A stretch of 64,000 bases of DNA from Eledone cirrhosa (Eukaryota): the NCBI GenBank assembly GCA_964016885.1, contig OZ024744.1, positions 11,780,001 through 11,844,000 of the forward strand, in the 5' to 3' direction. Of this stretch, positions 28,001-40,500 are shown piece after piece (the stretch's first letter is position 1; every line of letters begins with the position of its first letter). The notes under the pieces were generated by a model, which saw nothing but the letters and a program-made list of their open reading frames with translations, did not search any database and was not told the origin of the DNA. The position numbers were made by a program, and so were the translations under genes.

Positions 28001-31000
28001 TTGTGTTGTTGCACTCCAATATCTTGTGTTCTTATACTCCAATATGTTGTGTTGTTATACTCCAATATGTTGTGTTGTTGTACTCCAATATGTTGTGCTG
28101 TTGTACTCCAATATGATGTGCTGTTGTACTCCAATATGTTGTGTTGTACTCCAATGTGTTGTGTTGTTGTACTCCAATATGTTGTGTTGTACTCCAATAT
28201 GTCATGTTGTTGTACTCCAATATTTCGTGTTGTTGTACTCCAATATGTCATAGGGGTTGTACTCCAATATGGTGTGTTGTTGTACTCCAATATGCTGTGT
28301 TGCTGTACTCCAATAGGTTGTGTTGTTGTACTCCAATATGCTGTGTTGGCTGTGCTCCAATACGTTGTGTTGTTGTACTCCAATATGTTGTGCTGCTGTA
28401 CTCCAATATGTTGTGTTGTTGTACTCCAATATGTTGTGTTGTTGTACTCCAATATGTTGTGTTGTTGTATTCCAATCTATATCGCTGTTGTACTCCAATA
28501 TGTTGTGTTGTTGTACTCCAATATGTTGTGCTGTTGTACTCCAATATGTTGTGCTGTTGTACTCCAATATTTTGTGCTGTTATACTCCAATATATTGTGT
28601 TGTTATACTCCAATATGTTGTGGTGTTGTACTCCAAAATATTGTGTTGTTATACTCCAATATGTTGTGTTGTTATACTCCAATATGTTGTGCTGTTATAC
28701 TCCAATATGTTGTGTTGTTGTACTCCAATATGTTGTGCTGTTATACTCCAATATTTTGTGTTGTTATACTCCAATATGTGGTATTGTTGTACTCCAATAT
28801 GTTGTGCTGTTGTACTCCAATATGTTGTGTTGTTATACTCCAACATGTTGTGTCGTTATACTCCAATATGTTGTGTTGTTATACTCGAATATGTTGTGTT
28901 GTTATACTCGAATATCTTGTGTTGTTATACTCGAATATGTTGTGCTGTTGTACTCCAATATGTGGTGTTGTTGTACTCCAATATATCATGTAGTTGTACT
29001 CCAATATTTCGTGTTGTTGTACCCCAATATGTAGTGTTGTTTATACTCCAATATGTTTTGCTGTTGTACTCCAATATGTTGTGCTGTTGTACTCCAATAT
29101 GATGTGCTGTTGTACTCCAATATGTTGTATTGTTGTTCTCCAATATGTCATGTTATACTCCAATAAGTTGTGTTCTTGTACTCCATTATGTTGTGTTGTT
29201 GTACTCCAATATATCATGTTGTCGTACTCCAATATGTCATGTTATACTCCAATATGTCGTGTTGTTGTACTCCAATATGTCGTGTTGTTGTACTCCAATA
29301 TGTTGTGTTGTTGTACTCCAATATGTTGTGTTGTTGTACTCCAATATGTTGTGTTGTTATACTCCAATATGTTATGTTGTTGTACTCCAATATGTCATGT
29401 TGTTGTACTCCAATATGTTTTGATGTTGTACTCCAATATGTTTTGATGTTGTACTCCAATATGTTTTGATGTTGTACTCCAATATGTTGTGTTGTTGTAC
29501 TCCAATATGTTGTGTAGTCGTACTCCAATATGTTGTGTTGTTGTACTCCAATATGCTGTGATGTTGTACTCCAATATGATGTGCTGTTGTACTCCAATGC
29601 GTTGTGTTGTTGTACTCCAATATGCTGTGTTGTTATACTCCAATATGTTGTGTTGTTATACTCCAATATGTTGTGTTGTTATACTCCAATATGTTGTGTT
29701 GTTTTACTCCAATATGTTGTATTGTTGATCTCCAATATGTCATATTATACTCCAATAAGTTGTGTTCTTGTACTCCAATATGTGTTGTTGTTGTACTCCA
29801 ATATGTTGCGTTGTTGTACTCCAATATATCATGTTGTCGTACTCCAATATGTCATGTTATACTCCAATATGTTTTGATGCTGTACTCCAATATGTTGTGT
29901 TGTTGTACTACAATATGTTGTGTTGTTGTACTCCAATATGTTGTGTTGTTATACTCCAATATGTTGTGCTGTTGTACTCCAATATGTTGTGTTGTTATAC
30001 TCCAATATGTAGTGTTGTTATACTCCAATATGTTATGTTGTTGTACTCCAATCTGTTGTGTTGTTATACTCCAATATATTGTGTTGTTATACTCCAATAT
30101 GTTGTGTTGTTTTACTCCAATATGTTGTGTTGTTGTACTCCAATATGTTGTATTGTTGTTCTCCAATATGTCATGTTATACTCCAATAAGTTGTGTTCTT
30201 GTACTCCAATATGTTGTGTTGTTGTACTCCAATATGTTGTGTTGTTGTACTCCAATATATCATGTTGTCGTACTCCAATATGTCATGTTATACTCCAATG
30301 TGTCATTGTTGTACTCCAATATGTCGTGTTGTTGTACTCCAATATGTCGTGTTGTTGTACTCCAATATGTTGTGTTGTTGTACTCCAATATGTTGTGTTG
30401 TTGTACTCCAATATGTTGTGTTGTTATACTCCAATATGTTATGTTGTTGTACTCCAATATGTCGTGTTGTTATACTCCAATATGTTTTGATGTTGTACTC
30501 CAATATGTAGTGTTGTTATACTCCAATATGTTGTGTTGTTGTACTCCAATATGTTGTGTTGTTATACTCCAATATGTTATGTTGTTGTACTCCAATGTGT
30601 CTTGTTGTTGTACTCCAATATGTTTTGATGTTGTACTCCAATATGTTTTGTTGTTATTCTCCAATATGTTGTGATGTTGTAGTCCAATGTGTTGTGTTGT
30701 TGTACTCCAATGTGACGTGTTGTTGTACTCCAATATGTTGTGCTGTTGTACTCCAATATTTTTTTGTTTTTTGTACTCCAATATGTTGTGTTGTTATACT
30801 CCAATATGTTGTGTTGTTATACTCCAATATGGTGTGTTGTTGTACTCCAATATGTTGTATTGTTTTCTCCAATATGTCATGTTATACTCCAATATGGTGT
30901 GTTCGTGTACTCCAATATGTTGTGTTATTGTACTCCAATATGTTGCGTTGTTGTACTCCAATATGTTGTGTTGTTATACTCCAATATGTCGTGTGGCTGT

Positions 31001-34000
31001 ACTCCAATATGTCATGTTGTTGTACTCCAATATGTCTTGTTATAGTCCAATATGTCGTGTTGTTGTACTCCAATATACCATGTAGTTGTACTCCAATATT
31101 TCGTGTTGTTGTACCCCAATATGTAGTGTTGTTTATACTCCAATATGTTTTGCTGTTGTACTCCAATATGTTGTGTTGCTGTACTCCTATATGTTGTGTT
31201 GTTATTCTCCAATATGTTGTGCTGTTGTACTCCAATGTGTTGTGTTGTTATACTCCAATGTGTTGTGTTGTTATACTCCAATATGTTGTGTTGTTGTAGT
31301 CCAATATGTTGTGTTGTCGTACTCCAATATGTTGTGTTGTTATACTCCAATATTTCGTGTGGTTGTACTCCAATATGTCATGGTGTTGTACTTCAATATG
31401 TCGTGTTGTTGTACTCCAATATGTTGTCTTGTTGTACTCCAATCTGTTGTATTGTTGTACTTCAATATGTTCTGTTGTTGTACTCCAATATGTTGTGTTG
31501 TTGTACACCAATATGTTGTGTTGTTGTACTCCAATATGCTGTGTTGTTGTACTCCAATATGTTGTGTTGTTGTACTCCAATATGTTGTGTTGTTGCACTC
31601 CAATATCTTGTGTTCTTATACTCCAATATGTTGTGTTGTTATACCCCAATATGTTGTGTTGTTGTACTCCAATATGTTGTGCTGTTGTACTCCAATATGA
31701 TGTGCTGTTGTACTCCAATATGTTGTGTTGTACTCCAATGTGTTGTGTTGTTGTACTCCAATATGTTGTGTCGTTGTACTCCAATATTTTTTTTTGTTTT
31801 TGTACTCCAAAATGTTGTGTTGTTATACTCCAATATGTTGTGTTGGTGTACTCCAATATGGTGTGCTGTTGTACTCCAAATCTCGTGTTGTTATACTCCA
31901 ATGTGTTGTGTTGTTATACTCCAATATGGTGTGTTGTTGAACTCCAATATGTTGTATTGTTTTTCTCCAATATGTCATGTTATACTCCAATATGTCGTGT
32001 TGCTGTACTCCAATATGTCATGCTGTTGTACTCCAATATGTTTTGCTGTTGTACTCCACCGTGTTGTGTTGTTGAACTCCAATACGTTGTGTTGTTGTTC
32101 TCCAATATTTTGTGCTGTTGTACTCCAATTTGTGTTGTTGTACTCCAATATGTTGTGTTGTTGTACTCCAATATGTTGTGTTGTTGTACTCCAATATGTT
32201 GTGTTGTTATACTCCAATATGTTGTGCTGTTGTACTCCAATATTTCGTGTTGTTGTACTCCAATACGTCGTGTTGTTGTACTCCAATATGTTTTGATGTT
32301 GTACTCAAATATGTTGTGTTGTTGTACTCCAATATGTTTTGATGTTGTACTCCAATATGTTGTGTTGTTGTACTCCAATATGTTGTGTAGTCTTACTCCA
32401 ATATGTTGTGTTGTTGTACTCCAATATGTTGTGATGTTGTACTCCAATATGATGTGATGTTGTACTCCAATGCGTTGTGTTGTTGTACTCCAATGTGATA
32501 TGTTGTTGTACTCCAATATGTTGTGCCATTGTACTCCAATATTTTTTATATTTGTACTCCAATATGTTGTGTTGTTATACTCCAATATGTTGTGCTGTTG
32601 TACTCCAAATCTCGTGTTGTTATACTCCAATGTCTTGTGTTGTTATACTCCAATATGGTGTGTTGTTGTAGTCCAATATGTTGTATTGTTTTTTTCCAAT
32701 ATGTCATGTTATACTCCAATATGTTGTGTTCGTGTACTCCAATATGTTGTGTTATTGTACTCCAATATGTTGCGTTGTTGTACTCCAATATGTTGTGTTG
32801 TTATACTCCAATATGTTGTGTTGTTGTACTCCAATATGTTGTCTTGTTCTACTCCAAAAGGCCATGTTATCGTACTCCAATATGTGTTGTTATACTCCAA
32901 TATGTCGTGTGGCTGTACTCCAATATGTCATGTTGTTGTACTCCAATATGTCTTGTTATAGTCCAATATGTCGTGTTGTTGTACTCCAATATGTCATGTA
33001 GTTGTATTCCAATATTTCGTGTTGTTGTACCCCAATATGTCGTGTTGTTTATACTCCAATATGTTTTGCTGTTGTACTCCAATATGTTGTGTTGCTGTAT
33101 TCCAATATGTTGTGTTGTTATTCTCCAATATGTTGTGCTGTTGTACTCCAATGTGTTATGTTGTTATACTCCAATATGTTGTGCTGTGCTACTCCAATAT
33201 ATTGTGTTGTTGTACTCCAATGTGTTGTGTTGTTATACTCCAATATGTTGTGTTGATTTACTCCTATATGTTGTGTTGTTGTACTCCAATCTGTTGTGTT
33301 GTTATACTCCAATATGTTGTGTTGTTATACTCCAATATGTTGTGTTGTTTTACTCCAATATGTTGTGTTGTTGTACTCCAATATGTTGTGTTGTTGTACT
33401 CCAATATGTTGTGTTGTTGTAATCCAATATCTTGTGTTGTTATACTCCAATATGTTGTGTTGTTGTACTCCAATATGTTGTGTTGTTATACTCCAATATG
33501 TTGTGTTGTGATACTCCAATATGTTGTGCTGTTGTACTCCAATATGTTGTGTTGTTATACTCCAATATGTTGTGTTGTTTTACTCCAATATGTTGTGTTG
33601 TTGTACTCCAATATGTTGTATTGTTGTTCTCCAATATGTCATGTTATACTCCAATAAGTTGTGTTCTTGTACTCCAATATGTTGTGTTGTTGTACTCCAA
33701 TATATCATGTTGTCGTACTCCAATATGTCATGTTATACTCCAATATGTCGTTGTTATACTCCAATATGTCATGTTGTTGTACTCCAATATGTCGTATTGT
33801 TATACTCCAATATGTTTTGATGTTGTACTCCAATATGTTGTGTTGTTGTACTCCAATATGTTGTGTAGTCGTACTCCAATATGTTGTATTGTTATACTCC
33901 AATATGTTGTGCTGTTGTAATCCAATATGTTCTGTTGTTGTACTCCAATATATTGTGTTGTTGTACTCCAATATGTCGTGTTGTTGTACTCCAATATGTC

Positions 34001-35190
34001 GTGTTGTTGTACTCCAATATGTTGTGTTGTTGTACTCCAATATATTGTGTTGTTGTACTCCAATATGTTGTGTTGTTATACACCAATATGTTATGTTGTT
34101 GTACTCCAATATGTCATGTTGTTGTACTCCAATATGTTTTGATGTTGTACTCCAATATGTTGTGTTGTTGTACTCCAATATGTTTTGATGTTGTACTCCA
34201 ATATGTTGTGTTGTTGTACTCCAATATGTTGTGTAGTCGTACTCCAATATGTTGTGTTGTTGTACTCCAATATGCTGTGATGTTGTACTCCAATATGATG
34301 TGCTGTTGTACTCCAATGCGTTGTGTTGTTGTACTCCAATATGCTGTGTTGTTATACTCCAATATGTTGTGTTGTTGTACTCCAATATGTTGTGTTGTTG
34401 TACTCCAATATGTTGTGTTGTTGTAATCCAATATCTTGTGTTGTTATACTCCAATATGTTGTGCTGTTGTACTCCAATATGTTGAGTTGTTATACTCCAA
34501 TATGTAGTGTTGTTATACTCCAATATGTTGTGTTGTTGTACTCCAATCTGTTGCGTTATACTCCAATATGTTGTGTTGTTATACTCCAATATGTTGTGTT
34601 GTTATACTCCAATATGTTGTGTTGTTTTACTCCAATATGTTGTATTGTTGATCTCCAATATGTCATATTTTACTCCAATAAGTTGTGTTCTTGTACTCCA
34701 ATATGTGTTGTTGTTATACTCCAATATGTTGCGTTGTTGTACTCCAATATATCATGTTGTCGTACTCCAATATGTCATGTTATACTCCAATATGTTTTGA
34801 TGCTGTACTCCAATATGTTGTGTTGTTGTACTACAATATGTTGTGTTGTTGTACTCCAATATGTTGTGCTGTTGTACTCCAATATGTTGTGTTGTTATAC
34901 TCCAATATGTAGTGTTGTTATACTCCAATATGTTGTGTTGTTGTACTCCAATCAGTTGTGTTGTTATACTCCAATATATTGTGTTGTTATACTCCAATAT
35001 GTTGTGTTGTTTTACTCCAATATGTTGTGTTGTTGTACTCCAATATGTTGTATTGTTGTTCTCCAATATGTCATGTTATACTCCAATAAGTTGTGTTCTT
35101 GTACTCCAATATGTTGTGTTATTGTACTCCAATATGTTGTGTTGTTGTACTCCAATATATCATGTTGTCGTACTCCAATATGTCATGTTA
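8700..35190 (+). repeat. Near-tandem ~13.4-kb duplication (~8.7-21.8 kb vs ~22.05-35.2 kb)
   Basis: ORF offsets 13356 (9227/22583), 13379 (11779/25158, 13234/26613) and 13425 (14077/27502, 16179/29604, 20236/33661). The steps of 23 and 46 bp match visible monomer deletions at ~10675 and ~14000. Confidence 0.88.
16210..26055 (+). repeat. Tandem HOR pair, ~4.92-kb unit (~16210-21130 and ~21130-26055)
   Basis: ORF offsets 4923 (16427/21350, 17262/22185, 17660/22583), then 4922 after a 1-bp poly-T difference (18550/23472, 20236/25158, 20898/25820). Confidence 0.9.
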
Positions 35191-37560
35191 TACTCCAATA
35201 TGTCGTTGTTATACTCCAATATGTCATGATGTTGTACTCCAATATGTCGTGTTCTTGTACTCCAATATGTCGTGTTGTCGTACTCCAATATGTTGTGTTG
35301 TTGTACTCCAATATGTTGTGCTGTTGTACTCCAATATGTTGTGTTGTTGTACTCCAATATGTTGTGTCGTTATACTCCAATATGTTGTGCTGTTGTACTC
35401 CAATATTTCGTGTTGTTGTACTCCAATACGTCGTGTTGTACTCCAATATGTTGTGTTGTTATACTCCAATATGTTATGTTGTTGTACTCCAATGTGTCTT
35501 GTTGTTGTACTCCAATATATTTTGATGTTGTACTCCAATATGTTTTGTTGTTATTCTCCAATATGTTGTGATGTTGTACTCCAATGTGTTGTGTTGTTGT
35601 ACTCCAATGTGATGTGTTGTTGTACTCCAATATGTTGTGCTGTTGTACTCCAATATTTTTTGTTTTTTGTACTCCAATATGTTGTGTTGTTATACTCCAA
35701 TATGTTGTGTTGTTATACTCCAATATGGTGTGTTGTTGTACTCCAATATGTTGTATTGTTTTCTCCAATATGTCATGTTATACTCCAATATGGTGTGTTC
35801 GTGTACTCCAATATGTTGTGTTATTGTACTCCAATATGTTGCGTTGTTGTACTCCAATATGTTGTGTTGTTATACTCCAATATGTCGTGTGGCTGTACTC
35901 CAATATGTCATGTTGTTGTACTCCAATATGTCTTGTTATAGTCCAATATGTCGTGTTGTTGTACTCCAATATATCATGTAGTTGTACTCCAATATTTCGT
36001 GTTGTTGTACCCCAATATGTAGTGTTGTTTATACTCCAATATGTTTTGCTGTTGTACTCCAATATGTTGTGTTGCTGTACTCCTATATGTTGTGTTGTTA
36101 CTCTCCAATATGTTGTGCTGTTGTACTCCAATGTGTTGTGTTGTTATACTCCAATGTGTTGTGTTGTTATACTCCAATATGTTGTGTTGTTGTAGTCCAA
36201 TATGTTGTGTTGTCGTACTCCAATATGTTGTGTTGTTATACTCCAATATTTCGTGTGGTTGTACTCCAATATGTCATGGTGTTGTACTTCAATATGTCGT
36301 GTTGTTGTACTCCAATATGTTGTCTTGTTGTACTCCAATCTGTTGTATTGTTGTACTTCAATATGCTCTGTTGTTGTACTCCAATATATTGTGTTGTTGT
36401 ACTCCAATATGTTGTGTTGTTGTACTCCAATATGTTGTGTTGTTGTACTCCAATATGTTGTGTTGTTGTACTCCAATATGTTGTGTTGTTGCACTCCAAT
36501 ATCTTGTGTTCTTATACTCCATTATGTTGTGTTGTTATACTCCAATATGTTGTGTTGTTGTACTCCAATATGTTGTGCTGTTGTACTCCAATATGATGTG
36601 CTGTTGTACTCCAATATGTTGTGTTGTACTCCAATGTGTTGTGTTGTTGTACTCCAATATGTTGTGTTGTACTCCAATATGTCATGTTGTTGTACTCCAA
36701 TATGTTGTGTTGTTGTACTCCAATATGTCATAGGGGTTGTACTCCAATATGGTGTGTTGTTGTACTCCAATATGCTGTGTTGCTGTACTCCAATAGGTTG
36801 TGTTGTTGTACTCCAATATGCTGTGTTGGCTGTGTTCCAATACGTTGTGTTGTTATACTCCAATATGTTGTGCTGCTGTACTCCAATATGTTGTGTTGTT
36901 GTACTCCAATATGTTGTGTTGTTGTACTCCAATATGTTGTGTTGTTGTATTCCAATCTATATCGCTGTTGTACTCCAATATGTTGTGTTGTTGTACTCCA
37001 ATATGTTGTGCTGTTGTACTCCAATATGTTGTGCTGTTGTACTCCAATATTTTGTGCTGTTATACTCCAATATATTGTGTTGTTATACTCCAATATGTTG
37101 TGTTGTTGTACTCCAAAATATTGTGTTGTTATACTCCAATATGTTGTGTTGTTATACTCCAATATGTTGTGCTGTTATACTCCAATATGTTGTGTTGTTG
37201 TACTCCAATATGTTGTGCTGTTATACTCCAATATTTTGTGTTGTTATACTCCAATATGTGGTATTGTTGTACTCCAATATGTTGTGCTGTTGTACTCCAA
37301 TATGTTGTGTTGTTATACTCCAACATGTTGTGTTGTTATACTCCAATATGTTGTGTTGTTATACTCGAATATGTTGTGTTGTTATACTCGAATATCTTGT
37401 GTTGTTATACTCGAATATGTTGTGCTGTTGTACTCCAATATGTCGTGTTGTTGTACTCCAATATATCATGTAGTTGTACTCCAATATTTCGTGTTGTTGT
37501 ACCCCAATATGTAGTGTTGTTTATACTCCAATATGTTTTGCTGTTGTACTCCAATATGTT
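21135..37560 (+). repeat. ~8.5-kb period HOR (~21.1-29.1 kb vs ~29.6-37.6 kb)
   Basis: ORF offsets 8502-8503 (21131/29633, 22583/31086, 25820/34323), then 8480 after a 23-bp deletion near 34860 (26613/35093, 27502/35982, 28994/37474). Confidence 0.87.
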
Positions 37561-40500
37561 GTGTTGCTGTACTCCTATATGTTGTGTTGTTATTCTCCAA
37601 TATGTTGTGTTGTTGTACTCCAATATGTTGTGTTGTTGTACTCCAATATCTTGTGTTCTTATACTCCAATATGTTGTGTTGTTATACTCCAATATGTTGT
37701 GCTGTTGTACTCCAATATGATGTGCTGTTGTACTCCAATATGTTGTGTTGTTGTACTCCAATGTGTTGTGTTGTTGTACTCCAATATGTTGTGCCGTTGT
37801 ACTCCAATATTTTTTTTGTTTTTGTACTCCAAAATGTTGTGTTGTTATACTCCAATATGTTGTGTTGGTGTACTCCAATATGGTGTGCTGTTGTACTCCA
37901 AATCTCGTGTTGTTATACTCCAATGTGTTGTGTTGTTATACTCCAATATGGTGTGTTGTTGAACTCCAATATGTTGTATTGTTTTTCTCCAATATGTCAT
38001 GTTATACTCCAATATGTTGTGTTCGTGTACTCCAATATGTTGTGTTATTGTACTCCAATATGTTGCGTTGTTGTACTCCAATATGTTGTGTTGTTATACT
38101 CCAATATGTTGTGTTGTTGTACTCCAATATGTCATGTTGTTGTACTCCAGTATGTCTTGTTATACTCCAATATGTCGTGTTGCTGTACTCCAATATGTCA
38201 TGTTGTTGTACTCCAATATTTCGTGTCGTTGTACTCCAATATGTTGTGCTTTTGTACTCCAATATGTTTTGCTGTTGTACTCCACTGTGTTGTGTTGTTG
38301 AACTCCAATATGTTGTGTTGTTGTTCTCCAATATTTTGTGCTGTTGTACTCCAATGTGTTGTGTTGTTATACTCCAATATGTTGTGTTGTGATACTCCAA
38401 TGTGTTGTGTTGTTGTACTCCAATATGTTGTGTTGTTGTACTCCAATATGTTGTGTTGTTATACACCAATGTGGTGTGCTGTTGTAATCCAATATGTTAT
38501 GTTGTACTCCAATATGTTGTGTTGTTATACTCCAATATGTAGTGTTGTTATACTCCAATATGTTGTGTTGTCGTACTCCAATCTGTTGTGTTATACTCCA
38601 ATATGTTGTGTTGTTATACTCCAATATGTTGTGTTGTTATACTCCAATATGGTGTGTTGTTGTACTCCAATATGTTGTATTGTTTTCTCCAATATGTCAT
38701 GGTATACTCCAATATGGTGTGTTCGTGTACTCCAATATGTTGTGTTATTGTACTCCAATATGTTGCGTTGTTGTACTCCAATATGTTGTGTTGTTATACT
38801 CCAATATGTCGTGTGGCTGTACTCCAATATGTCATGTTGTTGTACTCCAATATGTCTTGTTATAGTCCAATATGTCGTGTTGTTGTACTCCAATATATCA
38901 TGTAGTTGTACTCCAATATTTCGTGTTGTTGTACCCCAATATGTAGTGTTGTTTATACTCCAATATGTTTTGCTGTTGTACTCCAATATGTTGTGTTGCT
39001 GTACTCCTATATGTTGTGTTGTTATTCTCCAATATGTTGTGCTGTTGTACTCCAATGTGTTGTGTTGTTATACTCCAATGTGTTGTGTTGTTATACTCCA
39101 ATATGTTGTGTTGTTGTAGTCCAATATGTTGTGTTGTCGTACTCCAATATGTTGTGTTGTTATACTCCAATATTTCGTGTGGTTGTACTCCAGTATGTCA
39201 TGGTGTTGTACTTCAATATGTCGTGTTGTTGTACTCCAATATGTTGTCTTGTTGTACTCCAATCTGTTGTATTGTTGTACTTCAATATGTTCTGTTGTTG
39301 TACTCCAATATATTGTGTTGTTGTACTCCAATATGTTGTGTTGTTGTACTCCAATATGCTGTGTTGTTGTACTCCAATATGTTGTGTTGTTGTACTCCAA
39401 TATGTTGTGTTGTTGTACTCCAATATCTTGTGTTCTTATACTCCAATATGTTGTGTTGTTATACTCCAATATGTTGTGTTGTTGTACTCCAATATGTTGT
39501 GCTGTTGTACTCCAATATCATGTGCTGTTGGACTCCAATATGTTGTGTTGTTGTACTCCAATGTGTTGTGTTGTTGTACTCCAATATGTTGTGCCGTTGT
39601 ACTCCAATATTTTTTTGTTTTTGTACTCCAAAATGTTGTGTTGTTATACTCCAATATGTTGTGTTGTTATACACCAATGTGGTGTGCTGTTGTAATCCAA
39701 TATGTTATGTTGTACTCCAATATGTTGAGTTGTTATACTCCAATATGTAGTGTTGTTATACTCCAATATGTTGTGTTGTTGTACTCCAATCTGTTGCGTT
39801 ATACTCCAATATGTTGTGTTGTTATACTCCAATATGTTGTGTTGTTATACTCCAATATGTTGTGTTGTTTTACTCCAATATGTTGTATTGTTGATCTCCA
39901 ATATGTCATATTATACTCCAATAAGTTGTGTTCTTGTACTCCAATATGTGTTGTTGTTGTACTCCAATATGTTGCGTTGTTGTACTCCAATATATCATGT
40001 TGTCGTACTCCAATATGTCATGTTATACTCCAACATGTTTTGATGCTGTACTCCAATATGTTGTGTTGTTGTACTACAATATGTTGTGTTGTTGTACTCC
40101 AATATGTTGTGTTGTTATACTCCAATATGTTGTGCTGTTGTACTCCAATATGTTGTGTTGTTATACTCCAATATGTAGTGTTGTTATACTCCAATATGTT
40201 GTGTTGTTGTACTCCAATCTGTTGTGTTGTTATACTCCAATATGTTGTGTTGTTGTACTCCAATATGTTGTGCTGTTGTACTCCAATATGATGTGCTGTT
40301 GTACTCCAATATGTTGTATTGTTGTTCTCCAATATGTCATGTTATACTCCAATAAGTTGTGTTCTTGTACTCCATTATGTTGTGTTGTTGTACTCCAATA
40401 TATCATGTTGTCGTACTCCAATATGTCATGTTATACTCCAATATGTCGTGTTGTACTCCAATATGTCGTGTTGTTGTACTCCAATATGTTGTGTTGTTGT

